Below, in pieces: positions 37,735-50,104 of a DNA stretch of 64,000 nt (its first letter is position 1; each line of letters begins with the position of its first letter). This DNA is from Chiloscyllium plagiosum (taxonomy: Eukaryota): assembly GCF_004010195.1 (NCBI RefSeq), contig NC_057755.1:5625474-5689473 (forward strand), read 5' to 3'. Under the pieces are notes generated by a model. The model did no database searches and was not told the origin of the DNA. It worked only from the letters and a program-made list of their open reading frames with translations. The position numbers were made by a program, and so were the translations under genes.

Positions 37735-38372
37735 AGTTGTTTAATTGATTGTCAGATGTACCGAGGTGCAGTGAAAACCTTTGTTTACGTACATTACAAG
37801 TAGATCATAGGAACAAAGGATATACAGATCAACAAGGCTTACACAAAGGAGAAAGTCAGGACTGCAGATGCTGGAGATCAGAATCTCGAGTGTGGTGCTG
37901 GAAAAGCACAGCAGGTCAAGCAGCATCCGAGGAGCAGGAGAATTGACGTTTCGGACATAAGCACTTCATCAGGAATGAGGCTTGCGGGTATGGGCTGAGA
38001 GATAAATGGGAGAGGGGTTATCCCATGTGGTTGCAGAGTCCCAAGGTGGAATATGAGGTGTTCCCCTTCCAGGCGTCGGGTGGTAATGGTTTGGCGGTGG
38101 AGGAGGCCCAAGACCTGCATGTCCTTGATGGACATGCCAAATTTCCTGACCTGCCTGAAGAAGGGTGGCGGTTGTTGTGCCCTTTTGACCGTCGCATTCA
38201 CATGGGGAGCCCAGGGCAGTTGTTGTCACTCCTCGGAACCTCACGCTCTCCAAGATCTCTATGTCAGTTCCAGGGATGTCGATGAGGGCATGTTCTTCTC
38301 CATTTTTCTGAAGTCAAGAATCAGTTATTTCGTTTTGCTGACATTGAGATAGAGGTTGTTTTCATTGCAACA
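37735..38372 (-). mobile_element. Rex1/Babar-type LINE fragment, itself interrupted at ~37852-38125
   Basis: Minus strand LNVSKTK*LILDFRK and ATVKRAQQ..FFRQVRKFGMS. Tail-like ttgtcagatgtaccgaggtgcagtgaaaa at ~37750. Confidence 0.6.
37852..38125 (-). mobile_element. Penelope-like element (second family) 3' fragment with hammerhead motif
   Basis: Minus strand TRRLEGEHLIFHLGTLQPHGI (GIY-YIG C-terminus), then CTGATGA-A-GTGCTTATGTCC-GAAA-CGTC at 37945-37972. Confidence 0.7.
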
Positions 38373-38374
38373 TG

Positions 38375-38620
38375 TGCGACTCTCTGTGTGGAGCTTGCAC
38401 ATTCTCCCCGTGTCTGCGTGTGTTTCCTCCAGGTGCTCCGGTTTATTCCCACAATCCAAAAATGTGCAGGTTGGGTGATTTGGCCATGTTAATTTGCCCG
38501 TAGTGTTAGGTGAAGGAGTAAATGTAGGAAAATGGGTCTAGGTGGGTTACGCTTCGGTGGGCCAGTGTTGACTTGTTGGGCCAAAGCGCCTGTTTCCACA
38601 CTGTAAGTAAGCTAATCTAT
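38375..38620 (+). mobile_element. HE1-like SINE (V-domain, CR1-type tail), 5'-truncated
   Basis: tgtgtggagcttgcacattctccccgtgtctgcgtgtgtttcctccaggtgctccggttt is the V-SINE core. The tail cctgtttccacactgta resembles the CR1 3' end. Confidence 0.8.
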
Positions 38621-40984
38621 TCTCCCTTCACTGTAAGAAGGACAGGTTGCACCTGAAGCGGAAGGGCTCCAATATACTGGTAGGGAGATTTCCTTTGAGC
38701 TGCTCGGAAGGATTTAAACTAGTAAGGGCTTTAGATGAGATACAGGGAGATAGGAAGGAGAGAGATCAGTTTGAGACTGGTGCAGTTGGGAAAAGGAAGA
38801 AGTCAAACAGTTAGTGTAGGCACGAACAAAGCAGAAACTGAGATTGGACTGGCACATTAACCTACATTTACTTCAATGCAAGAGGCTTAACAGAGAAGGC
38901 AGATTAATTCAGGGCATGATTAGAAACATGGGATTGGGATATCGTAGCAATTACAGAGAGGTGTCTCATGAATGGACAGGACTGGCTGCTTCATGTTTCA
39001 GGATGTAAATGCTTCAGGAAGGATAGAAAAGGAAGTGAGAAAGGAGGGGAAGTGCCATTTTTAATTGGGAAAAATCATTACCGCCGTACATAGAGAGGAT
39101 GCTCTGAGGAGTGTATCTAGGAAAGTAATTTTGGGTGGAAATGAGTAATGAGAAAGTGATAATCACCTAATGAGGATTATATTATAGACTGCCCCAAGAG
39201 TCAGCAGGAAATTGAGACTCAAATGTATCAGGAGGTCACAGTTATCAGTCAGACTAATCGAATGATAATGGTAAGGGATTTTAACTTTCCAAACATAGAT
39301 TGGGACTGTCTTTGTGTTAAGGTCTCAGGTGGAGAGAAATTTGTTTAGTATGAACAAAAACGTTTTCTGATTCAGTGTGTCGATGTGCCTACAAGCGAAG
39401 TTGCAACAGTTTATTTATGTTTGGGAAATAGTGCAGAGCAGATGACCGAAGTTTCAGTGGGGGAGCACTTCTGCACCAGTGATCATAATTCTATTTGTTT
39501 CAAATTAATCATGGAAAAGCATAGGCCGGATGTAAAAGTTACATTTTTAAATTCGAGAAAGGCCAATTTTGATGGCAGTAAGTAAGAACTTTTAAAAAAA
39601 TGATGTGGGTCAGATATTCGTATGTAAAGAGATGGCTGGAAAACGGGAAAACATCAAAAATGAGATAACGAGAGTCCAGAGATAGTCTGTTCCTGTTAGG
39701 GTGAAAGTAAGGGCGAATAGGTATAGGGAATGTAGGATGACAAGAGAAATTGAGAAATCAGGAGGGCAAAAAACGGACATGAGGTAGCGTTGGCAAATTG
39801 GGTGAAGGGTAATACAAAAGAATTTACTAATAAATTAAGGACCAAAGGGTAACTAGGCAAGAATAGAACCTTTTAAAGATCAGCAAGACTGCCTTTATGT
39901 AGAACTACAGCAGATAGGGGAGATACTGAGTATCTTGCATCAGTATTTACTGTAGAGAAGGATATGGAAGCTAGAGAACTTGGGGAAATAAATAACATCA
40001 TCTTGAAAAATGTCCCTATTACAGAAGAGGAAGTGCTGGGCATCTTAAAACACATAAAAGTGGATATATCACCAGGACCTGATCAGGTGTACCTGGAACG
40101 ATGAGGGAAGCTAAGGACGTGATTGTTTGTGCCATAACTGAGATATCGGTGTCATCAATAACCACAGGTAAGGTGCCAAAAGATAACGTTGTGCTAATAT
40201 TTAAGAAAGATGGTAAGGGAAAGCCCAGGAACTGTACACTCGTGATCCTTACAATGGTGGTGGGAAAGTTGTTGGAGGGGATCCTGAGGGACAGAATGTA
40301 CATGTATTTGGAAAAGCAAGGACTGGTTAGGGATAGTCAACATGGCTTTGTGCATGGGAAATCATGTCTCACTAATTTGAGTTTTTCGAAGAAGTAATGC
40401 AGAGGATTGATGAGGGCAGAGTGTTGAAGGTCTCTATATGGACTTCAGCAAGGCGTTCAACAAGGTTCCTCATGGGAGACTAGTCAGCAAGGTCACATCA
40501 CATGGAATACAGGGAGAACTAGCCATTTAGAAACAGAACTGGCTCAAAGGTAGGAGATCGAAGGTGGTGGTAGATGGCTGTTTTCAGACTGGTGCCGTGA
40601 GCCCAGCGGTATCCTGTAAGGATGGGTGCTCGGTTCATTGTTATTTGTCATTTATGTAAATGATTTCGATGTGAACTGAAGAAATATGGTTAATAAGTTG
40701 GCAAATGACACCAAGTTCGGTGGTGCAGTGGGCAGCCAAAAAGGGTACCTCAAAGTACAATGGGATCATGGTCAGATGGCCGGTGGCTGAGGAATGCAGA
40801 CAGAGTTTAATTTAGATAAATGTGAGGTCCTACATTTTGGAAAGGCAAATCAGGGCAGGACTTATGCACCTAACGGGAAGGTCCAGGAGAGTGTTGCTGA
40901 ACAAAGAGACCTTGGAGTACAATTCATAGAGGTTTAAAAGTGGAGTCACAAGTAAACAGGATAGTGAAGAAGGTGTTTGGTATT

Positions 40985-41640
40985 TGATTTATCTTTATAT
41001 TTGAGCTTTATTATCACATGCCCTAAAGTACAGGAGCACAGTGAAAAGTGTTTAATGTCACCAAACACAGGACCGTCATTGGTATAAAGGAACCGAGGTA
41101 CAAAACATTAGGTATTAACAGTAACGGAGAAACAAAGTCAAAAATAAAACATTCCCATTGGTCTTGTGTCGGTAGAAAAATAAAGGAATGAAGTTAAATG
41201 TTAACGTAACAGTCACTCATATTGTTAAATAGAAAATATGATGGAATAAAGGTAAAAGTTCAACAGTCTTTCTTTCAACAGTCTTCCTGTGAGCGTTTAA
41301 TCTCCACCATTTTGGCCCACTCTCTGGGAAATCTCTGTCTTCCCGCTCTCAAAGGCACAGAAGCTGTGAGGTTTGTGAGGGGCCTCCCTCATCGACACAT
41401 CGGGGTTGCTCTGGCCATGTTACGCTCAGGCCCACAGCCACTTCCATGCATCAGATATCCAGCTGACACTCCTCGGGACCCCGGCTTCTGCCACACTCCC
41501 CAAAATGGCATCGTCACTGTAACCTCTCGGCATAACTTCAGAGGATGAGGAAAATGTGGCCACAATCGGAGAGAAGATAAAAAAAATGTGGCCAACCTGG
41601 AATGGACGGCCTACCATGCTGCTCCCACCATCTTAAATAA
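40985..41640 (-). mobile_element. Unclassified non-coding insertion, possibly a non-autonomous Rex1-type element
   Basis: Interrupts the CR1 collinearity. Its left end (tttattatcacatgcc..cagtgaaaag) resembles the tail at ~37750. Confidence 0.4.
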
Positions 41641-42404
41641 TTTTCTCATTTTCTCCATCATATGCCGGGGAATGTTTATCTTCAATAGTCAGTGCATTGA
41701 ATATAAGGAGTTGTGAGGTCATGCTGACACTGTTCAGGACATTGCTTGGACCACTTTTGGAATACTGCATCCAATGTCGACCTCCCTCCTACAAGAATGA
41801 TATTGTTCAGCTTAAAATTTTGCAGAAAAGATTTAGAAGGATTTTGACAGGATTGAAGAGTTGAATTATAGGGAGAGACTGAATAGGCTGGGCCTACTTT
41901 CCCTGCAGAGTCGGAGACTGAGTGCTGACCTTACTGACGTTTATAAAATCATGAATGGCATGTACTGGGTAAGCAGCAACGGTCAATTTCTGAGGGGTCA
42001 GGAGTCCAAAATGAGAGGGCGTCGGTTTAAGGTGAAAGAGGAAAGATTTAAAAGGAATCTAAGAGGAAACTTTTCATGCAGAGGGTGGTGTATATATGGA
42101 AGGAGCTGCCAGAGCAAGTGGGGGACACTGATACAATTCCAACATTTATAAGGCAACTGGATGGATACATGAATAGGAAGGGTTCAGGGGGATATGGGCC
42201 AAATGCTGGCAAATAGACAAGATTAATTTGGGATATGTTTTGGGCATGGATGGGTTGAACCAAAGGGTCTGTTTCTGTGCTGTACATCTCTATGACACTT
42301 TGACTCGGTAACAGCTCGTAAATATACGGGGCAGATTAAACAGTGCACTGACACAGGACTGATCAAACACATGTTCAAAATTGAAACAGATGACCTCCCA
42401 ACAA

Positions 42405-43900
42405 CCACGCCTTGATGTTTTGGCTATGTCGATGACTTGGAGTCAAAGAGTCAGTGAGTTGTTCACCGCAGGTTTCCTAGCCTCTAACCTACTCTGCCAC
42501 CATTATATGGCTAGTCCAGTTCAGTTATAGTTAATGGTAAACCCAAGATGTTGACAGTTGAGGATTCAGCGATGGGAATCATATTGAAATGAAAAGATGA
42601 TGGTTTAATTCTCAATTGGTTGAGATTTTCATAGTTCGCTATTTATTAACATGAGTCTTCTCTGCTGTTTTTGATCTCAGTCCTGGATATTATCCAGAAT
42701 CTATTGGACTTGGACATGGACTGCTTCAGTATTTGAGTCGTCCCATAAGCTCTTGAACATTGTACATCTATTGGCTAATAGATCAGATGATGGAGTGACG
42801 TACTTTAATAAAACTACTGAAGATGTTTGGACCAAGGACAGTCTACTGAGGAACTACTGCAGGGATGTTCTGAAGTTAAGATGACTGACCATCAACAATC
42901 ACAGTCTTCTTCTTTGTGCCAGTTATGACTCCAACTGGTGGAGAGTTTTACTTGATTTGCATTGACACCAGACGTGCTCAAGCTCATTGAAGTTACACTC
43001 AGTCAAAAATGCATCCTTTTCTGTTAAGCAGAGTCACACTCAGAGAGTTATAGAGTCATAGTGGTGTACAGCATGGAAACAGACTCTTCGGTCTAACCCG
43101 TCCATGCCGACCAGATATCCCAACCCAATCTAGTCCCACCTGCCAGCACCTGGCCCATATCCCTCCAAACCTTTCTTCTTCATATACCCATCCAAATGCC
43201 TCTTAAGTGTTGCAATTGTACCAGCCTCCACCACATCCTCTGGCAGCTCATTCCATACACCTCCCATCCGTTTTGTGAAAAGGTTGCCCCAAGGTCTGTT
43301 TTATACCTTTCCCCTCTCACCCTAAACCTATGCCCTCTAGTTCTGGACTCCCCCATCCCAAGGAAAAGACTTTGTCTATTTATCCTATCCATAATTTTGT
43401 GAAATTCTATAAGGTCACCCCTCAGCCTCCGACGCTACAGGGAAAGCAGCCCATTAGACATCTGGAATCAACTCTTCTTCTCTGTGTTTGAACTAAGGCT
43501 GTAATGAGTTCGGGAGCTGAGTGGCCCTGGCAGAACCCAAACTGGGCGTCACTGAGCAGGTTATTGCTGAGCAGATGCTGCTTAGTTGCACTGTTGATTA
43601 TCCCTTCCATCACTTTACTGAGGATCACACGTCGACAGATGGGGTGGTAATTGGCTGGGTCGGACTTGTTCTGTTCTTTATTGAACGACATACCTGGGAA
43701 AGTTTCCACTCTCTCAGTTAGATGCCAGTGCTGTACTTCAGCAGTAACTGCTTGACTCAGGTTGTAGGATGTTCTGGAGCACGTGTCATCTCTCATCTGT
43801 CCCTTTGCTGGGATGTCGTCAGGATCACAGCCTTTGCCCGCGAGAGGAGGCCAAGCTGGATTAACACATCTGCATTTCTGTCTGAAAGGTTTTGTGAACG
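42405..43900 (-). mobile_element. Second-family CR1-clade LINE fragment, interrupted by a HER1-like CR1 3' end at ~43045-43460
   Basis: Minus strand KSDPANYHPI..LSKVMEGIIN..LLSDAQFGFCQGHSAPELIT. The inner piece reads RINRQSLF..ESRTRGHRFRVRGERY and has the atgactct tail. Confidence 0.82.
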
Positions 43901-45019
43901 GGTTCTGTCTATTCGTTGTATGGATGTGTTCGCCTCCCCGATTGTTGATTATTGGAGACATGTGTGTAGCTATGGTCACAAAGGGATACATATCACTACG
44001 TTATGGGAGAGGGGCAACTGGTGTTGAGGTGAAAAGAATTCGAGATGGCGATGACACCGGGCTAGTCCCTTGTGAACTCCCGACAGCAGATCAAGCTTTA
44101 ACATTTCTTACTACCATTCGACATTTTAAAATCTAAGTTCCATATCTGTAAAAATTACTGTGTGCAATTTTTTTACCCTTACGATGTAAGTCTTTGCTTA
44201 CTCCTGTACAGCTCCCAAATAATGCTTTTCATTGTACTTAGTCAGACATAACAATAATCAAAGCAAACTGGGGGTGGGGGTGGGGGTGTGGGGGTGGGGG
44301 TGGGGCTCACCACAGACCCGGTGAGATGAAAAGGAAAGTCCTTCATGGTAACTTCAGCTCATGTGGGAACTACATTTCCTCCGTATTGCAAACCAGCTAT
44401 CCAGCTCACTGAGGGAGCTAGTTACTGAGTGGGCATTCTCCAGAGAAGGATGTCTTTGGAGCAGTCTGAGATTTAGAGATGGAACACAATATGCTCCTGG
44501 AATAAAGCTTATCATTTCATTAACTAATGTGATTAGAAATTTCCAATATTTAAAACCGTATTTTAGAAATAAATATATATTTACACAAGCACTTAATGGG
44601 TGTCGTCATAATCTGTTCACATTTCAAAGAAACACTCACTTGAACAGTGTTGCAACCTCAAACTTCCTAGGCGAGCCCCATGGCATTAAGTATTGGCCTT
44701 GGAAACGTGAGTCATCAGTGTTGATGCAGAGAGCTTAAATGCAACACAAAAGTTCATATCACTTGACAAAGGAAATGCTTGAAACATTTGGAATTATTAA
44801 TAAGTTATTTCATGTGATTCTTGCTATCATTATCCTTCCTGGTAAGTGACTTAAACCATTTAGGCTTTGTAAATCTGGATAAGAGTTGCTCCCTGCACTT
44901 TGCGAAGGATGACTTTACATTCTGGCCGAGTGCTCACAACTGAAGAGGCACTCAAACATTGATGTCATTTATTAAGTCAGATATTTTCAACGTATTGGTG
45001 ATTTAATCCTGGCTCTTTC

Positions 45020-45100
45020 GAGCCCTTGTGGTGCAGTGGTAGTGTCCCCAACTCTGAATCTCAAGAACTATGTTCAAGTTCCACCTGCACCAGAGATATG
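45020..45100 (+). mobile_element. tRNA-derived SINE head
   Basis: A-box-like TGGTGCAGTGG and B-box-like GTTCAAGT at tRNA-like spacing. No complete cloverleaf. Confidence 0.55.
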
Positions 45101-45809
45101 TCTGAACAATTTGATTGAAGTAAATTCACACATATGACATCAGTGTTCTAGTGATACACACCTCTTCAGGAGCCAGTGTCTGTTTCTCAAGTTTGACACG
45201 AGTGGTCTCCTGTTCTTGATTGATTTCTGTACCCTGTGATGGGAATCGGTGTCAGATCCAAGACATGGACGGACCTGTTTCTTGAAGTGAACTGTGTTTG
45301 ATTGTGCCAGCACAAAGCACACTGGGAAAATTCAATCGATCAGGCAGCGTTCCAGGAGGAAGGAGCAGCATTATAATTTTGATTCCAGTCTGAATCTGCA
45401 TCAGAACTGCTTCTGGGAGCTAGGATCTAAGATAAGAGTATTAATCCTGAGGGGAATATGCCACTTGGCAAACCCAAAATGAGGATGAGTCTGGTACGAA
45501 TCATTGGACCTGAACAAGAAATGGTCCGCTTCTGTTTCTCAGGTGAGTCTGATTTACAGATCCAATCTCTCCAGGCTCTAAACTTGTCATCGGACAATAA
45601 ACTCTGTGGATAGACTTAAAATGGGGAGAAGCATCAATGTGGAAGATTTGAGTTCATGTAGAATTTCGGTCTTGGCCATTTATCCAGGAAGATGTCAATT
45701 ATAGAATGCATTTAGTGGTATCCGTGAACCCACAAAATACGTGAAATTAAAACTTTTATTTGTCTAAAAAAACATGTTAAGTCATGTGCAGACATTTATT
45801 CAATCTGTT

Positions 45810-46885
45810 TGTAAGTTTGCTCACTGAGCTGGAAGGTTTGTTTTCAGATGCTCCATCACCATATTAGGTAACATCATTAGTGAGCCTCCAGTGAAGTGCT
45901 GATGTTATTTCCCACTTTCTACTTATTTTTCTTGGTTTCTTCGGGTGAGTGACACAAATTCTGGCTCTTTTTATCAGGGGATTGTAGATCGGATCCAAAT
46001 CGATGTGTTACTTGATGGAGTTCCAGTCAGAACGCCATGCTTCTCGGAATTCTCATGATTCTCTGTTTAGCTTGTCCTCGGATGGATGTGTAGTCCCAGT
46101 TAAAGTGGTGCCCTGCTTTGCCTATGTGAAAAGATACCAGTAATACAGGATCATATCTTTTTCTGGTTAGTTCCTGTTCATGTATCCTGGTGGCTATATT
46201 GCTGCCTGTTTGTCTGATGTAGTTTTTGTAACATTCCCTGCAAAGTACTTTGAAAGTGGCATTCATTTTGCTGGTTGTTCTGGTTGTACGTTTGCTCACT
46301 GACCTGGATAGTTTGTTTTCAGGCGTTTTATCACCATTCTAGGTGACATCATCAGTGAGACTCAGGTGACGTGCTGGTGTTAGAACCTGCAAAGACATTA
46401 ACGTTCATAAAATATCACGGAGGGACTTTAACAAATACTACATCGAACAAACAGGCCGAAAAGTAGCCACCAGGTTACACGAAAACCAAGTAGTCTTAAA
46501 AAGACATGACATACTAGCCTTTCGTACAGACAAAGAAGTACATCACTTTGACTGGGGCAACACATCCATCCTAGGACAAGCTAAACAGAAACATATATGG
46601 GAATTCCTAGTGGCATGGCATACTACCTTGAACTCTATCAATTAACACATCGTTTTGGATCCCATCTACCATCCTCTGAGGTAAAAGAAAACAGAAATCA
46701 CATCACTCACTCTAAAAATCCAAAAAATTTAAATTGAAAGTGGAATATAACACTTGCACTTAATCAGATCCTCACTGATGACGTTCCCTCATATGGTGAT
46801 GAACTGAAAACATACATTCTAGCTCAGCAAGCAAACCTTTAACCACAACCTCAACCTGAACTACAGATCTTCTCAAAATTGCTAA
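45810..46885. mobile_element. Two divergently oriented Penelope-like 3' fragments with an inverted pLTR piece between them
   Basis: Minus 45810-46290 reads CRECYKNYIRQTGSNIATRIHE. Minus pLTR at 46295-46385. Plus 46400-46885 reads KYYIEQTGRKVATRLHE..EFLVAWH, followed by a pLTR. Confidence 0.82.
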
Positions 46886-48660
46886 TTTATTCAATTTACT
46901 TTTTAACTATTTCTGTTCTCTTATTTCTTGTGCAGTTAATTTTCTTGCAATTATGATACTGTCCAGAGGGAAATGCGGCATCTCAACCTGCACCAGTCAT
47001 TACCTGGTGGCCATGGCGATAGCAGATCTCTTTGTTATAATCACTGAGGTAATTCTGTGGCAGATTAAATATGATTTTTCCCCGTATCTTTCCTGGACCT
47101 CACCCCTGTGTGCAGTGTTCCGAATGTTCTGATATGAGCAGCGATAAACTGTTCTGTCTGGTTCACAGTCAACTCCTCATTTGATCGATTCATTGCCATT
47201 TGTTTCCAGAACCTGAAAATGAAATACTGAACCAAGAAAGATGCAGCTGTCATCCTCTCAATAACTTGCATTCTGATCGGTTTTAACAATGTCCCCTTCT
47301 ACTTTATATATGAACTGATACAGGTCATTGCTAATGTTTCATGGTTCTGCTATCCGAAGGAAACTTATTTTATTGAGCTTGGATGGGTTGGATTTAATTG
47401 ATTTGATCGGGTTTTAACACCCTTGCTTCCATATGCGTTAATTCTGTTACTGAACGTTCTGACAGTGAGACACATTTTTGTGACTAGTTGTGTCCATCAG
47501 GGACTGAAAGGACAGAAAGTAGGAGAAATTCCCAGTGATCCAGAGATGGAGGACAAAAGAAAGTCTGTGATTTTACTTTTGACCATATTTTTGTGGACAG
47601 TTTTTGATATAGATTTTTTAATTATAATATTCGAGGGGCATAGCTGAGAAATTGCAATAATTCAGAAACTATATTTGCAATGGCTGGCTTTTCACTGGTG
47701 AATTTAATTTGCTGCACAATCACATTTTTTAATGTGGCAACTCAATCGAAGTTCAGAGAGTGAGTCAGGAAGGTGATGAAATATCGTGTCACATCGATTA
47801 CCCAATTAATGAAAAAAAGAACTGAGTGTAGCATAGAGGCAAGAACCAATATTTACTATCATGAATGAAACCAAAATCACCACAGCTATTGGTGAATACT
47901 GGACCCTAAGCTGCTATCCTCATTGAATCCCACTAGTCATTACCTTCCACTGCAAAAAATCCACATTCTGTTTTCTGTTTTTTAATGAATTCTCAGTCCA
48001 TGCTAGTATATAATCCCATTCTCACTTGCTTTGATTTTGCAAAACTAACTTTCTTTATGGAACATTAACAAAACGTTTCTGGAATTAAAAATGCAAATGC
48101 ACTACATCCACTTGATGTTCCTTATTTATTCTGAGTTTATCTTCAAGGAATTCCACTATGTTTGTAAAATATGATTTCCTTTTCATCAATTCATGTTGAC
48201 TATTTAAAATCTCATATCCACATGCTTCAATTTGGATTCTTACATTTTCTCAATGACTAAGATTGAGCCAATCTGTCTAATCTTCCATAACCGATGGAAA
48301 ATCACATCATCCTAATAAAGGCCATATTTGCACCTTAATCTACAGACCCAGAAAATAGCACTGTCTTACTGCTCTAAACGTATACTGCTCCAGGCCAGCT
48401 TAAGTGTTTAAAGTTTACTCAAGGGACAGAACATATAAAAACATGTAATCAAATAACATCCACCCTCCTCACTATTGCAGATCGAGAAAATAAAGTTAAA
48501 TAAGGTGAAATCTCAAAAACTACCAATTCAGACGCTGTCAGCACACTCATATAGGTTTTTCCAAGGTAAGCTGTGAATTTCAATGTTTGTTCATTTTTCT
48601 TGGAAGAGATCCAATGTCCAAAGATCATTGAAAGCAAACAGCAGAAGCAGTCAGCTCCCC

Positions 48661-48805
48661 AGGATCACCACGGGAACACACAGCTGAGCAGGATCACTGC
48701 TGGGTCACATAGCTGTGCAGGGTCACTGCTGGGTCACACGGCTGTGCAGAGTCACTGCTGGGTCATAAGGCTGGGCAGGGTCACTTATGGGTCACACGGC
48801 TGGGT
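48661..48805. repeat. 29-bp minisatellite, 5 copies
   Basis: Units start at 48661, 48690, 48719, 48748 and 48777. Consensus AGGGTCACTGCTGGGTCACACGGCTGTGC. Confidence 0.9.
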
Positions 48806-48821
48806 ATGGACAATGCTGGGG

Positions 48822-49222
48822 AGAAAGTGAGGTCTGCAGATACTGGAGATCAGAGCCGAAAATGTGTTGCTGGAACAGCACAGCAGATCAGGCAGCATAC
48901 AGGGATCAGGAGAATCGACGTTTCGGTAAAATCCCTTCTTCAGGAATGAGGAAAGTGTGTCCAGCAGGCTAAGATAAAAGGTAGGGAGGAGGGACTTGGG
49001 GGAGGGGCGTTGGAAATACGATAGGTTGAAAGTGGTCAAGGTGAGGGTGGTAAGTCAGAGTGGGGTGGGGGCGGAGAGGTCAGGAAGAAGATTGCAGGTT
49101 AGGAAGGCGGTGCTAAGTTTGAGGGATTTGACTGAGACAAGGTGGGGGGAGTGGTAATGAGGAAACTGGTGAAATCCGAGTTCATCCCTTGTGTATGAGT
49201 GTTCCTAGACGGAAGATAGGTC
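48822..49222 (-). mobile_element. Penelope-like element (second family) 3' end with hammerhead motif
   Basis: Same family as 37852-38125. Minus strand IFRLGTL..KGMNSDF and CTGAAGA-A-GGGATTTTACC-GAAA-CGTC at 48917-48943. Confidence 0.72.
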
Positions 49223-50096
49223 TGCTTACCAAAGAGAAGGATAAGTGGAAACTAAAGATGCAACAGCAAGCACATAAAGCTCAGATTACTATGATGCGCC
49301 CCCCACCCACCACCCCGTTGGGGGGAGGTTCGGCGGGAGGAGAGAGGCACAGCGCCTGGCAGAGCTAGATCTGGCGGGTACTTTGTTTGCGTAGCAATGG
49401 ACCACTGGTCGAGGCAGTGCCCGTGCAAACAGTACCAATCGGCCCTGGAGGCTGGACAGCAGAATGGCTGACTGGGGAAAACTGAGGTGGAGGTGGGCAG
49501 CCCACAAGGTACAGGTAAGCCTCTTCACTTTACGATTGGCAACAAAGACTCGTTTATGCTAATCCCTTCTACTCACCCTACAGACACTGAGACATATCCC
49601 ACCTCTCGAAAGAAGTGAGAGAGGGAGGGCAGTTGTCATTGGGGACTTCAACTATCCAAATATTGACTGGGATCACTACAGTACGAGTACTATCGGTGGG
49701 TCAGTTTTTGCCCAGTGTGTGCAGGACGGCTTCCTGACACAGTATGTAGACAGGCCTACAAGGGGCGAAGCCACTTTAGATTTAGTACTGGGCAACGAGC
49801 TTGCCAGGTATTAGATTTGGAAGTAGGTGAGCGCTTTGGAGACAGCGATCACAATTCTGTCAGGTTTACTTTAGTGATGGAAAGGGATAGGTGTACTCCA
49901 CCGAGCAAGAGTTACAGCTGGGGAAGGGAAATTACGATGCAATTAGGAAAGATTTAGGAAGCGTAAAATGGGGAAGGAAACTACAGGGGATGAGCACATT
50001 AAAAATATGGAGCTTATTCAAGAAAAAGCTCCTGTGTGTCCTAGATAAGTATGTACCTGTCAGGCAGGGAGGAAGATATAGAACGCGTGAGCTGTG

Positions 50097-50104
50097 NNNN
50101 NNNN
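50097..50104. other. Assembly gap
   Basis: 8 N. Confidence 1.

Larger units (their letters stand above)
37390..42305 (+). mobile_element. Long degraded CR1 LINE with two insertion blocks (37735-38630 and ~40985-41670)
   Basis: ORF1 esterase (VIVYIRTSNIG..LVIHGLLPVP, resuming KDRLHL at ~38638), APE, RT (SQHGFVHGKSCLTNL) and 3' tail. Collinear with 4478-7712. Confidence 0.9.
44775..47825 (+). pseudogene. GPR139/GPR142-like GPCR pseudogene, two exons (44775-44841; 46936-47825)
   Basis: Exon 1 MLETFGIINKLFHVILAIIILP+g with donor GTAAGT (an in-frame upstream ATG is at 44739). Acceptor tgtgcAG at 46934-46935. Exon 2 VNFLAIMILSRGKCG, SFDRFIAIC, LLPYALILLLN, DPEME. Frameshift near 47075 and TGA stops near 47135, 47228 and 47399. 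Confidence 0.9.

Noticed and set aside
45020..45100. tRNA gene
   Set aside because: A and B boxes are present but there is no acceptor stem or cloverleaf, which fits a SINE head.
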